Below are positions 19,009-29,140 of a stretch of 55,377 bases of DNA, one piece after another; positions within the stretch are counted from its first letter, which is position 1; each line of letters opens with the position of its first letter. A model generated the notes under the pieces. It searched no databases and was not told where the DNA came from. It saw nothing but the letters and a program-made list of their open reading frames with translations. The translations under genes were made by a program, and so were the position numbers. This DNA comes from a bacterium. Its GTDB lineage: Bacteria; UBA8248. The stretch is from assembly GCA_965213685.1 (NCBI GenBank), contig CBDBZY010000050.1:1-55377 (forward strand). Direction: 5' to 3'.

Positions 19009-19906
19009 GCCGAAGACCTCGCCACTGCCCGCGCAGCCAATGGACGGCGGCCTCGTCCAGCAGCCCGCGCGGGCGCACGATGAGCAGCACGGCGACCAGG
19101 CCGCCGAAGACGATCATCCGATAGCCGGAGATCGCGCGGATCGATTCCAGCAGGCCGATATCGATGGCGACGCCGATCAAGGGTCCGAAGGCCGTGCCGA
19201 GGCCGCCGATCAGGCCGTAGGCCAAGCCGTGCACGCCCAGCATGACGTTGAAGATCTTGGGCTCGACGTAGGTCGTCAGGTGGGCGTAGAGGGCGCCCCC
19301 GATGCCGGCGACGACACCGGCCATGACGACGGCCAAGATCTTGTAGAGGTTGACGTTGAGCCCCTGCATCTCCGTCAGCATCGGGTCCTCGCCGATCATC
19401 CGGAAGATGGCGCCGAGGCGGGAGCGTTCGAGGATCAGGAAGCCGATCAGGACCACCGCCAGCAGCCCGTAAATGATCAGCAGGTACTCGAAATCCGAGA
19501 CGTTGCTGTCGTAGATGGCGCGAATGTCGCGGAAGCCGTCGGAGCCGTCGGGTCCCACCAGCTCACCGTCGATCTCGACCCGGTAGGTGAAGATCTCGAG
19601 GATCAGCCGCACCATCTCGGCGAACGCGAGCGTCGCCACGGAGAAGTAGAGCCCGCGCAGCCGCACCGTGGGGATCGCCACCACCAATCCCGCGGCTCCG
19701 GCGAGCAGCGCGCCCCACAGCAGGCCGAGCCAGATCGGCCAGCCCCACATCGCGGTCGCGATGCCCGAGCCGTAGGCGCTGACGGCAAAGAACGCCTGCT
19801 GGCCGAACGAAATCTCGCCGACCACGAGCAGGAGATAGGCCGAGAGCGCGATGAACGAGATCATCCCGATGTTGGAGAGCACCGCGATGAGATAGATGCT
19901 GTCCAT
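18995..19906 (-). CDS. LIV-type ABC transporter permease (LivM-like, set 2)
   Basis: GEISFGQ.AFF, RLRGLYFSVATLAF, SRLG, GGLG...GP. Confidence 0.92.
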   Translation of the reverse strand: MDSIYLIAVLSNIGMISFIALSAYLLLVVGEISFGQQAFFAVSAYGSGIATAMWGWPIWLGLLWGALLAGAAGLVVAIPTVRLRGLYFSVATLAFAEMVRLILEIFTYRVEIDGELVGPDGSDGFRDIRAIYDSNVSDFEYLLIIYGLLAVVLIGFLILERSRLGAIFRMIGEDPMLTEMQGLNVNLYKILAVVMAGVVAGIGGALYAHLTTYVEPKIFNVMLGVHGLAYGLIGGLGTAFGPLIGVAIDIGLLESIRAISGYRMIVFGGLVAVLLIVRPRGLLDEAAVHWLRGQWRGLRRAAN

Positions 19907-19909
19907 CGC

Positions 19910-20809
19910 TCACACCCGCCGCGTCGCCGCCTGCTCGCGCTCGATGGCGAGCTGACCCATGAGGCCGCCGGGCCGGAAGACCAGGAACAGGAACAGCAGG
20001 AAGTAGGCTGAGAGATCGCGATACTCGGTGCCCAGGTACCAGAGGCTCTGGGCCTCGACGATGCCGAGCAGCAGCCCGCCCAGGATGGCACCGGGGATCG
20101 ACCCCATGCCGCCCAGCATCATGGCGATCAGCCCCTTGAACGTGGCCCAGAGGCCGAAGAGCGGCGTGATCTGACCGTCCGCGCTCACGATCAGATAGGC
20201 GGCAACGCCGCCGAAGGCGGACGCGATGACGAAGGCCAGAGACATGACCGCGCCGACGTCGATGCCCATGAAGCGCGCCGCGCGCGGGTCCTCGGAGACG
20301 GCGCGGAGCGCGAGGCCGAAGCGGGTGTACTGCAGCAGCCAGTGGAGCAGCAGGGTCATCACTGCCGCGCACGCGAACATCACGACGTGCTCCAGCCTGA
20401 AGAAGAACGGGCCCAGCTCCACCGGATCGGCCGTTATCATGGGCGGGAAAAAATAGGTCCGGTCGGGGAACACCACGGTCACGATCTCTTCGAGCTGCAT
20501 CCAGATGACGAAGCTCGAGACCATCGACGCCACCGCCGCGCCCCTGCGAATGGCCCGGAAGCACAGGCGCTCGACATAGATTCCGACAATCACCGCGCCC
20601 ACCACTGTGGCGGCGGCAATGGCCACGGCGTTGGCCTTGAACTCGAGATAGACCAGCGTGCCGACGAACGCGCCGACCATGATCGACGGCCCATAGGAGA
20701 GATTGAGCCGGCGCATGACGCCGAAGATCAGGGTGAATCCTATGGCGAGCAGCGCATAGGACGAGCCCAGCATGACGCCGTCGAGGCAGTTCTGGATGAA
20801 ATCAACCAC
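19910..20809 (-). CDS. LIV-type ABC transporter permease (LivH-like, set 2)
   Basis: YALLAIGFTLIFGV...N, TRFG.ALRAVSED, LGGMGSIPGA. Confidence 0.92.
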   Translation of the reverse strand: MVDFIQNCLDGVMLGSSYALLAIGFTLIFGVMRRLNLSYGPSIMVGAFVGTLVYLEFKANAVAIAAATVVGAVIVGIYVERLCFRAIRRGAAVASMVSSFVIWMQLEEIVTVVFPDRTYFFPPMITADPVELGPFFFRLEHVVMFACAAVMTLLLHWLLQYTRFGLALRAVSEDPRAARFMGIDVGAVMSLAFVIASAFGGVAAYLIVSADGQITPLFGLWATFKGLIAMMLGGMGSIPGAILGGLLLGIVEAQSLWYLGTEYRDLSAYFLLFLFLVFRPGGLMGQLAIEREQAATRRV

Positions 20810-20851
20810 CGACCTCTTCCCGCGTCGCTGTCGGAGGTCCGGCCACCGGCC

Positions 20852-21628
20852 TCAACCGCTCTGGAGCGTCGTCCCGTCGGGCCGGTCCTGGTCCGGCGCA
20901 GGTCGATTGCGAGCCTGACCCTTCCCCAGATAAGCGCGCTGGATCACCTCGTGCTCGGAGAGCTGGCCCGGCTTGCCGCTGAACGACACCTGCCCCTGCT
21001 CCAGAAGGTAGAAGTGATCTGCCACCTGCAGCGCCATGTGGGCGTTCTGCTCGACCAGGAAGATCGTGGTGCCGTCCGCGTTCAGATCGCCGATGATCCG
21101 GAATATCTCCTCGACCACCAGGGGCGCCAGTCCGAGGGACGGCTCGTCCATCATCAGGAGCTTCGGCCGCGCCATCAGGGCACGGGCGACGGCCAGCATC
21201 TGCTGCTCGCCGCCGGAGAGCGTGCCCGCCATCTGCTTCGAGCGCTCCTGCAACCTGGGAAAGCGCTCGAACACGTGGTCGATGTCCTGCTGCACCTGCG
21301 ACTTGCGCTTGCCGAGCCGCAGATAGGCGCCGGCGACGAGGTTCTCGTGCACGTTCATGTCGGGGAAGACGAGCCGGTTCTCAGGTACCAGCGCGATCCC
21401 CCGACGCACGATTCCGCTCGGCCTCATGCCCGTGATGTCGCGGTCGAGGAAGCCGATGCTGCCGCGTCTCGGCTTCAGGAGGCCGGCGATGGTCATCATC
21501 AGCGTCGTCTTGCCGGCACCGTTCGGGCCCAGCAGGCAGGTGATGCCGCCTTCTTCGACCGAGAGATCGACGCCGCGCAGGGCCTCGATGTTACCGTAGG
21601 CAGCGGCGATGCCGTCGATCTCAAGCAT
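20852..21628 (-). CDS. LIV-type ABC transporter ATPase (LivF-like, set 1)
   Basis: GPNGAGKT, LSGGEQQM, DEPSLGLAP, VEQN. Confidence 0.93.
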   Translation of the reverse strand: MLEIDGIAAAYGNIEALRGVDLSVEEGGITCLLGPNGAGKTTLMMTIAGLLKPRRGSIGFLDRDITGMRPSGIVRRGIALVPENRLVFPDMNVHENLVAGAYLRLGKRKSQVQQDIDHVFERFPRLQERSKQMAGTLSGGEQQMLAVARALMARPKLLMMDEPSLGLAPLVVEEIFRIIGDLNADGTTIFLVEQNAHMALQVADHFYLLEQGQVSFSGKPGQLSEHEVIQRAYLGKGQARNRPAPDQDRPDGTTLQSG

Positions 21629-22388
21629 GCGCCGCCTCCACGCTGCCGCCGAGATAGGCCTGCTGAACCGCCTGGTCCTCCTGAATCTCGGACGGCAGGC
21701 CTTCGGCGATCTTGCGCCCGAAGTTGAGCACGGCGATGCGGTCGGTCACGCCCATGACGAGCTCCATGACGTGCTCGACCAGGACGATGGTCATGCCCGC
21801 CTCCTGAAGCGTGCGCAAGCGGCCGTCGAGCGCGTGCACCTCCTCAAGGTTCATGCCGGCGGCCGGCTCGTCGAGCAGCAGGAGCCGGGGCTTGGTGGCG
21901 AGCGCCCGGGCCAGCTCGAGGCGGCGCTGCTCGCCGAACGCCAGGTTGGCGGCGAGCTCGTTCCGCTTGTCGATCAGGCCGGCGAAGGCGAGCTGCTCGT
22001 CCACCGCATCGCGTGCGGCGCCGGAGCCGAAGAACCACCGCTTCGCAAAGTTCTCGCTGCGGCGGTCCTCCGCGGAGTTCTGCGCCACCCAGAGGTTCTG
22101 CCAGACCGTGAGGTGGCCGAAGAGGCGGATGTTCTGAAACGTGCGCGCCACGCCTGCCGCCAGCACCCGGTGCGGCGCGGCGCCGGTAATGTCGCGGCCC
22201 TCGAACGCGACCTTCCCGCCGGTGACCGAGACGACACCGCAGATCAGGTTGACGGTGGTGCTCTTGCCCGAGCCGTTGGGGCCGATCAGGCCGAAGATCT
22301 CGCCCTCTTCGACCGCGAGGTCGAGCTCGTCCACGGCATGGACGCCGCCGAAATGCTTGGTGAGGGTTGTGAGCTCCAGTATCGGCAT
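21621..22388 (-). CDS. LIV-type ABC transporter ATPase (LivG-like, set 1)
   Basis: GPNGSGKS, ARTFQN, LLLDEPAAGMN, VEH. Confidence 0.93.
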   Translation of the reverse strand: MPILELTTLTKHFGGVHAVDELDLAVEEGEIFGLIGPNGSGKSTTVNLICGVVSVTGGKVAFEGRDITGAAPHRVLAAGVARTFQNIRLFGHLTVWQNLWVAQNSAEDRRSENFAKRWFFGSGAARDAVDEQLAFAGLIDKRNELAANLAFGEQRRLELARALATKPRLLLLDEPAAGMNLEEVHALDGRLRTLQEAGMTIVLVEHVMELVMGVTDRIAVLNFGRKIAEGLPSEIQEDQAVQQAYLGGSVEAAHA

Positions 22389-22392
22389 CGCT

Positions 22393-23286
22393 TTAGTTGC
22401 GGGTGAACAGCCCGCGGACGAGCTTCACGGAGCGCTCGTCGATCAGCCCGCGCGGCTGGATGTTCATGGCGAGCACGATCAGCGCCCCGAACAGCAGATT
22501 CCGCCAATCGCCCATGAAGCGCAGGCCCTCGACGAGAATTCCCTGAATGAAGATCACCGCCACGAGGGTGCCGAAGACATTGCGGAGCCCCCCCAGGATC
22601 GGATAGGCGATGGCGAAGGTCGCCAGCATGACGCCGAAGTTCAGGTGCTCGATGTGGGTCGTGTAGTGGGCGTAGATCGCGCCGCCGATGCCGGCGATGA
22701 AACCGCCTGCGGCAAAGGCGCCGACCTTCACCGCCGTCAGATTGATGCCGACGCTCTGCGCCGCCAGCTCGTCCTCGCCCACCGCCCTGAGCACGGTGCC
22801 GGCGCGTGAGCGGTCGGTCCACCACAACGCCAGCATGACGAGGGCGACGATCACCCAGATGAAGATCGCGACATCCAGGGTGCTCCAGCCGTTCTCGGGG
22901 AAGAAGCGAATCTGCTTGAAGCCTTCGCCGCCTTGCGGCCCCACGACGATGCCCTTCTTCTCGATCTGGTAGTCGAAGTTGAACCAGAACAGCCGGATGA
23001 ACTCGCCGAAGGCGATGGTCGCGACCACCAGCATCAGGCCCTTAATCCTGAGCGCAGGGAACCCGACGATGCCGGCCACGATGCCGGCGAGTGTGGCTGA
23101 GACCAGAAGCGCCGGAATGATGTGCCAGCCCGCCAGTACCGTGAGCATCGCCGAGACATAGGCGCCGATGGAGAAGAACCCCGCCTGTGCCAACGTGACC
23201 TGGCCGGTCTGCAGCACGACGTAGGCCGACAGCCCGAGAAGCGTGTGGACGCCGATGATCTGAAGGAGCCCGAAGAAGAAGTCCAT
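22393..23286 (-). CDS. LIV-type ABC transporter permease (LivM-like, set 1)
   Basis: TGQV.LAQAGFF.IGAY, LRIKGL...VATIAFGE, LRAVGEDE.AA...GIN. Confidence 0.92.
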   Translation of the reverse strand: MDFFFGLLQIIGVHTLLGLSAYVVLQTGQVTLAQAGFFSIGAYVSAMLTVLAGWHIIPALLVSATLAGIVAGIVGFPALRIKGLMLVVATIAFGEFIRLFWFNFDYQIEKKGIVVGPQGGEGFKQIRFFPENGWSTLDVAIFIWVIVALVMLALWWTDRSRAGTVLRAVGEDELAAQSVGINLTAVKVGAFAAGGFIAGIGGAIYAHYTTHIEHLNFGVMLATFAIAYPILGGLRNVFGTLVAVIFIQGILVEGLRFMGDWRNLLFGALIVLAMNIQPRGLIDERSVKLVRGLFTRN

Positions 23287-23301
23287 CGCCTTCTCCCCCG
23301 C

Positions 23302-24183
23302 TCAGTCGCGCGCCACCGAGCGCGAGAAGATGCCGCCCGGCCGGAACACCAGGAACACGAACAGCAGCAGCATCACGTACATGTCCCGTTCGGTGACTCC
23401 TCTGAACGCCAGGAAGAAGTTCTCGAAGGCGCCGACCGCGAGGCCGGCGACGATCGCCCCCGGGATACTGCCGAGGCCGCCGATGACGCAGACGATGAGT
23501 CCCTTGACCGTGATCGGGACGACCAGCAATGGCGACAGCACGCCGACCGAGGCGCCGATCATGGCACCGGCGAGCCCGCCCAGCAGGCCGGTGATGACGA
23601 AGGTGAGCGCGTTCGTGCGGTCAAGGCTGATGCCGGCGAGCTGCGCCGCGACCGGCTGTTGCGCCACCGCGCGTGTGGCGATGCCGAGCCGCGTCCGATA
23701 GAGCATGTACATCAGCACGACCATGGCGATCAGCGAGAGCACGAAGATGAAGACCAGGTCGCCTCGCAGGCCGAAATCGCCCCACTCGATATAGATGTCC
23801 GCGAAGAGCGCCGGGTAGGGCTGGGGCATGCCGTCGGTCGCATGGACCACGATCTCGTCGATCAGGATCAGCATGCCGACGGTCGCCATCAGCGTCGCCA
23901 GGGGGCTCGCCAGCGGAATGAAGCGGAAGTTGGCGAGGTAGATCAGGAACGCGATCCCGCCCGAGCCGATGGCGGCGATGAGGAAGGTAACCAGGGCCGG
24001 CAACGGCACATAGGCGGCCACGGCGATGCTGACGTAGGCACCGGCGATGGACGCCGCGCCATAGGCCAGGTTGATCTTGTGCATCACCCCGAAAATGAGG
24101 GTGAAACCGATACCGATGAGCGCGTAGATGGAACCGAACAGCAGGCCGTCGGTTATCGACTGAAAGAAGTCGAGCCAGTCCAC
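23302..24183 (-). CDS. LIV-type ABC transporter permease (LivH-like, set 1)
   Basis: YALIGIGFTLIFGV...NLAYG, TRLG.ATRAV, IGGLGSIPGA. Confidence 0.92.
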   Translation of the reverse strand: MDWLDFFQSITDGLLFGSIYALIGIGFTLIFGVMHKINLAYGAASIAGAYVSIAVAAYVPLPALVTFLIAAIGSGGIAFLIYLANFRFIPLASPLATLMATVGMLILIDEIVVHATDGMPQPYPALFADIYIEWGDFGLRGDLVFIFVLSLIAMVVLMYMLYRTRLGIATRAVAQQPVAAQLAGISLDRTNALTFVITGLLGGLAGAMIGASVGVLSPLLVVPITVKGLIVCVIGGLGSIPGAIVAGLAVGAFENFFLAFRGVTERDMYVMLLLFVFLVFRPGGIFSRSVARD

Positions 24184-24267
24184 CCGATCATCCCCCGCCA
24201 AAGAGGCGTCGGCGAAATGCGAGCGGGCGTGCGCCGGTGCCTGCGGCGCACACCTGCCCGATAACGA

Positions 24268-25479
24268 TTACTGCGACGGGTCGTGGAGGATGGCCCACTC
24301 GCCGGCTTGAGCGTGCACGTAGAGGTAAGGCTTGACCGCCTCGCCCTCGTCCGTGCGCTGGATCTTGCCGAGGAGCCCGTCGGTCTCCTTCAGGTTCGCC
24401 AGCCCGTCGCGGATCTTGCGGCGGTCGGCATCCACCGAATCGCCGTCCGCCGCGATGCCCTGGGCTTCCATGACCTCCTTGAGGATCATCACGATCTCCC
24501 AGGCGGCGGCGCTGTGCAGATCGGCGCTCCCTTCGTGCTTCGCCGCTGCGTCGGCCGCAGCCTTGGCGGCCTCGGTGACCGGCGCGAAGCTGGTCGGGAT
24601 GATGATGCCCTCGGCCTGATCGGCGCAGCCCTGGAGCGTCTCCATGCTCGACGAGCTGGTGAGACCGACCAGCAGGCTCGGCTTGACGCGCTGGCGCTTC
24701 ATCTCCTTCAGCACGCCGCAGGTGGTGAAGGGATGTGCCGAGATGGCGACGATGTCGGCCTTCGCCTTCTTCATCTGGCGCACCTGCGTGGTGAAGTTGG
24801 TGTCGTTCAGGAGCCACTTGGACTCGCCGAGCACCTCATAGCCGGCCTCGGGCGAGCGCTCCTTCATCACCTTGTGCCAGGTGAAGCGGGAATGGGCGAA
24901 GTCCTCCTCCACACCGCCATAGACGGTCTTGAGGTCCGGGTGCTCCGTGGCGATCCACTGGAACAGCGCCCTGTACATCTCGTTCTCGTTGGGAACGTTG
25001 CGGAACGCCCACTGGGAAATCTTCGCCAGTCCGCCCTTGATGGCGGTATCGGTGAAGACCGGGAGTTGCAGCCCCGAATCGCCCTCGTCGCCGACCGTCT
25101 TCTGCAGGATGCCGAAGAGCGGCTCGGCAACGTTCGAGCAGGTCGGGCCGATAGCAACGACCGCATCGCTGCCGGCGATGCGGCGCAGCACTGAAATTCC
25201 CTCTTCCGCGTTGCAGCGGTCGTCGTAGAACGAAAGCTCGAGCATTGCCATGGAGCCGTCGCCGAGCTTGACGCCGCCGCCGGCATTGATCGCTTCGATC
25301 GCGCCGTTCAACACCGCTTCCGTATTGATGCCGAACGAGCGAACGACGCCGGACTTGGCGCCGAAGCCTGCGATCTGCACCGTCTTCTCCGCGGAGAACG
25401 CCACGCTCTGCACACCGAAGCTCGCAGCCACGGCAAGCGTGGCCACGGCCCCAAGCCTGACTAGCTTGCTATCCAACAT
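24268..25479 (-). CDS. LIV-type (class I) ABC substrate-binding protein
   Basis: ATG at 25479 with a signal peptide; AI..INA.GG, YDDRC, IGP.CS; heads the ABC operon. Confidence 0.9.
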   Translation of the reverse strand: MLDSKLVRLGAVATLAVAASFGVQSVAFSAEKTVQIAGFGAKSGVVRSFGINTEAVLNGAIEAINAGGGVKLGDGSMAMLELSFYDDRCNAEEGISVLRRIAGSDAVVAIGPTCSNVAEPLFGILQKTVGDEGDSGLQLPVFTDTAIKGGLAKISQWAFRNVPNENEMYRALFQWIATEHPDLKTVYGGVEEDFAHSRFTWHKVMKERSPEAGYEVLGESKWLLNDTNFTTQVRQMKKAKADIVAISAHPFTTCGVLKEMKRQRVKPSLLVGLTSSSSMETLQGCADQAEGIIIPTSFAPVTEAAKAAADAAAKHEGSADLHSAAAWEIVMILKEVMEAQGIAADGDSVDADRRKIRDGLANLKETDGLLGKIQRTDEGEAVKPYLYVHAQAGEWAILHDPSQ

Positions 25480-25744
25480 CTGCCTCTCCCTCTCTCGATG
25501 ACAATGGAAATGGTTTCGACCGGCCCCGTGCGGTTCGGGCTTCCGCCATCCAATGCGGCGAATGGCCGATCCGCCCCGGCCGATATATCGTTGACTCGAT
25601 CTTATACCCGCCGCGCGGTGGGAGTCAGGGGATACTTGCCGGCGGCAGCGAGCCTGACCATCCGAGACTGCCCCTTCCCTCCTGTCGCTCGCGGCAAAGT
25701 GGTATGGAAACGGCTGAACGCCACCGCTCGAACCGGGAGCCACC

Positions 25745-26741
25745 ATGAGCAACAAAGCCGCCGTCATCCACGAGAAAGGCACACCCGACGTCTTCCGCTG
25801 GGAGGACTGGCCGGTCGGCGAGCCGGGGCCGGGCGAAGCCCTGATCCGTCACGGCGCCATCGGGGTGAACTATATCGACACCTACAACCGGCGCGGCATG
25901 CCGCATCCATGGCCGGTGCCGCCGCTGCCCTTCGTCGTGGGGATCGAGGGCGCGGGCACGGTGGAAGCGGTCGGCGACGGCGTGACGGAGTGCACGGTCG
26001 GCGACCGGGTCACCTATGCCAGCCCGCCGCACGGCGCCTACGCGCAGCGCCGGGTGATGCCGGCCAAGCGGCTGGTCAAGCTGCCCGACGGCATCTCCGA
26101 CGAGGACGCGGCCGGCATCACGCTCAAGGGCCTCACCGCCCAGTATCTGCTGCGCCGGACCTACCGGGTGCAGCCGGGCGACCCGGTGCTGGTCCACGCG
26201 GCGGCAGGCGGCATGGGGCTGATCCTGTGCCAGTGGGCCAAGCACCTGGGTGCGACCGTGATCGGCACGGTGTCTACCGACGAGAAGGCGGAGCTCGCCA
26301 AGGCCCACGGTGCGGACCACGTCGCCGTCTATTCGCGCGAGGATTTCGTGCCGCTGGTCAAGGAGGTCACCGAAGGCAAGGGCTGCCCGGTGGTCTACGA
26401 GAGCATCGGCAAGGACACGTTCACCCGCTCGCTGGACTGCTTGCGCCCCCCTCGGCATCCTGGCGTGCTACGGCCATGCCTCGGGCGCGCCGGACCCGGT
26501 CGATGTCGTGGAGCTGGGCGCACGCGGCTCGCTGTTCGTCACCCGTCCGGCGCTCATGCACTACATGGAAGAGCGCGAGGATCTGGTCGCTGCGGCGCAG
26601 GAACTGTTCGATGTCGTTTCCTCGGGGGCGGTGGCGATCACTGTCCGCAACCGCTATCCGCTGCGCGAGGCTGCCGAGGTGCACCGCGCCATCGAGGAGC
26701 GACGCACCACCGGCTCGACCGTGCTTCTGCCGTTCGCGTAA
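25745..26741 (+). CDS. qor: NADPH:quinone oxidoreductase (Qor, zeta-crystallin family); frameshift at the C6 run ~26445-26450
   Basis: GVNYID.Y.R.G, G.EGAG.VEAVG, HAAAGGMG; continues in ORF 26310..26741 as LG.LACYG.ASG...GSLF.TRP...TTGSTVL. Confidence 0.9.
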
Positions 26742-26782
26742 CGCAATTTCTCCCAGGCCCCATAGGCTTTAGGCTTGCCGCC

Positions 26783-27181
26783 ATGAGCGGGGCGAAGACC
26801 CAGCCGCCGAGCGCGGCGGACATCGAGCTGATCGCGGACCAGGAGTACCGTCGCATCCCGGCCTTCCTGCGCGAGAACGTCGACTCGGTCATCATCCGCG
26901 TCGTGGACTTTCCCAGCGACGAGGTGCGGGAGGAGATGGAGCTTGAGAGCCCCTTCGACCTGCTCGGCCTCTATCAGGGCGTCTCCCTCGACCAGAGCGG
27001 GGTCCATGACATTCGCGAGGACGTCGATATGATCTTCCTCTACCGCCGCCCGCTCCTCGACTACTGGGTCGAGACAGGCAACAGCCTGGAGGACGTGATC
27101 CGCCACGTGCTGATCCACGAGATCGGCCACCACTTCGGCCTCTCGGACGAGGACATGGAACGGATCGAGGAAGCCGGATGA
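26783..27181 (+). CDS. Minimal zincin metallopeptidase family protein
   Basis: DLLGLYQG, IFLYRRP, VLIHEIGHHFGLSD (HExxH). Confidence 0.88.
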   Translation: MSGAKTQPPSAADIELIADQEYRRIPAFLRENVDSVIIRVVDFPSDEVREEMELESPFDLLGLYQGVSLDQSGVHDIREDVDMIFLYRRPLLDYWVETGNSLEDVIRHVLIHEIGHHFGLSDEDMERIEEAG

Positions 27182-27199
27182 CGCAGGGCGTGCCGATCC

Positions 27200-27769
27200 C
27201 TACCCGGGATCCGCTTCCGCCAGCGGTGCCGGCGCCAGCGGGTAGCTCGCCTCCACCGCATAGTGCGCGCCGCCCGCGCCGAGCTGGCTCGAGAAAAGCT
27301 CGAACGAGCGCACCGCAAACGGCCCGCTGCTGAACAGCCCGTGGTAGGACACGAACTCCTGAAGCCGGTGCGCCGGCACCCGCGAAGCGAACCGCGCGAG
27401 AGTGACGTGGGGAGCATAGTTGCGGCCGTCGGGCTCGAAGCCGAGGCCGGTGATGGCGGCCTCGGTGCGCTCGCGCAGGCGCATGAGCGCGAGGTTGGGA
27501 GCGACTCCGGCCCACAGGATTCGCGCCTTCCCGTGCTGTGGGAAGTGGCCGACGCCTTCGAGTGTGAGCGAGAACGCGTCCGCCTCGATGTGCGCGAGCG
27601 CGTCCCCGATCTCGCGGAACGCACCGCCGTCGACCTCGCCGATGAAGCGGAGCGTCAGGTGCATCTGCTCCGCCGTCTGCCAGCGCGCGCCGGGCAGGCC
27701 GCCCCGCAGCATTTCGAGCCGGCCGAGCACATCCTCCGGCAGCGAAAGCGCGACAAAGAGGCGAATCAT
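27200..27769 (-). CDS. thpR: RNA 2',3'-cyclic phosphodiesterase (2H family)
   Basis: RLFVAL, HLTLRFIG and PHVTLAR (two HxT motifs). Confidence 0.92.
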   Translation of the reverse strand: MIRLFVALSLPEDVLGRLEMLRGGLPGARWQTAEQMHLTLRFIGEVDGGAFREIGDALAHIEADAFSLTLEGVGHFPQHGKARILWAGVAPNLALMRLRERTEAAITGLGFEPDGRNYAPHVTLARFASRVPAHRLQEFVSYHGLFSSGPFAVRSFELFSSQLGAGGAHYAVEASYPLAPAPLAEADPG

Positions 27770-27793
27770 CGGTCGTGCCCCCTCCCCCGCCCC

Positions 27794-28451
27794 TCAACCG
27801 CCCTTGCGCCCGGCGATGACGGCCACCACATGCGGCACGATGCGCCGCACGATCTCGGCCACGCCCGCCGCATTGGGGTGGATGCCGTCCCCCTGGTTGA
27901 GCGCGGGCTCCATCGCCACGCCTTCGAGGAAGAACGGATAGAACGCCACCCCATGCTTGCCGGCGAGGCGCTCATAGACCGCGTGGAACGCAGCTTCGTA
28001 TTCGGCCCCGAAGTTGGCCGGCGCGCGCATGCCGGCGAGCAGCGTCGCCGCGCCCGCTTCGCCAATCTGAGTGAGGATCGCGTCGAGGTTGGACTCCATC
28101 CGGTCGGTCGGCAGGCCGCGCAGGCCGTCATTGGCGCCGAGCTCGACGATCACGACCTCCGGAGCGTCAGCAAGCACCCAGTCGAGGCGCGCGAGCCCGC
28201 CGGCGCTGGTGTCGCCCGAGACCCCGGCGTCGATCACACGCCAGGCGTGGCCCTCCGCCCTGAGCGCGGCTTCCAGACGTGCCGGGAAGGCATCCTCGCG
28301 CGGCAAGCCGTAGCCGGCTGTCAGGCTGTCCCCCAGCACGACGATTCGGAGCTCCTCGGTGGCACCGGGGGGTGCCGAGAAGCAGGAGCCACGCACACAA
28401 GGCGGCTCCGATCCACGATGCGGCGCGGCCGAGGGAGCGGCGGGATGACAT
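27794..28451 (-). CDS. tesA: Arylesterase / acyl-CoA thioesterase I (SGNH), with an N-terminal frameshift at the G6 run ~28367
   Basis: GDSLTAGYG, AGVSGDT, ELGANDG, DGIHPN; signal peptide [26 protein letters not shown] in the neighbouring frame. Confidence 0.88.
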
Positions 28452-29134
28452 GAGCGAACCGGCGGTGGTGCTGGATAACGTGCACCTCACCCTGACCAGC
28501 AAGGCCGGGCCCGTCAACATCCTGCGGGGCGTTTCGCTCACCGCCGAGCGAGGCGAGAGCATCGCCGTGCTCGGGCCGTCTGGCGCCGGCAAGTCGACCC
28601 TGCTCGCCATCGTCGCGGGACTGGAACGGGCGGATCAGGGCCGCGTCGTCGTGAGCGGCACCGATATCGGCGGGCTCGGGGAAAGCGACCTCGCCGCCTT
28701 CCGGCGCAGCGCCGTCGGCATCGTGTTCCAGGCCTTCCACCTGATCCCGACCATGACGGCGCTGGAGAATGTCGCGCTCCCCCTGGAGCTCGGCACCCAC
28801 GGCAACCCCTTCGGCGCGGCGCGGGAGGCGCTGGAGAGCGTCGGTCTCGGCGAGCGCGTGCAGCACTATCCGAGCCAGCTTTCGGGCGGCGAGCAGCAGC
28901 GAGTCGCCCTCGCCAGGGCCTTCGTGCCGCAACCGCACGTGCTTCTCGCTGACGAGCCGACCGGCAATCTCGACGGCGAGACCGGCGGCGCGGTGATGGG
29001 CGAGCTCTTCCGCATGCGCGCCGTGGGGGGCTCGACGTTGATCCTGGTCACCCACGATCACGAACTCGCCGCGCGGGTGCGATCGCATGGTCCATATCGC
29101 GGACGGGCGGATCGTGGCGCCCGCCGAGGGCTGA
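28450..29134 (+). CDS. ybbA: ABC transporter ATP-binding protein YbbA-like (frameshift ~29076)
   Basis: [29 protein letters not shown]; C-terminus [12 protein letters not shown] in another frame. Confidence 0.88.
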
Positions 29135-29140
29135 GTCCCG

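Noticed and set aside
25745-27181. Apparent 478-aa Qor-zincin fusion ORF
   Set aside because: It arises from a frameshift in a C6 run. The Qor C-terminus continues in another frame to 26741, and the zincin has its own ATG at 26783.
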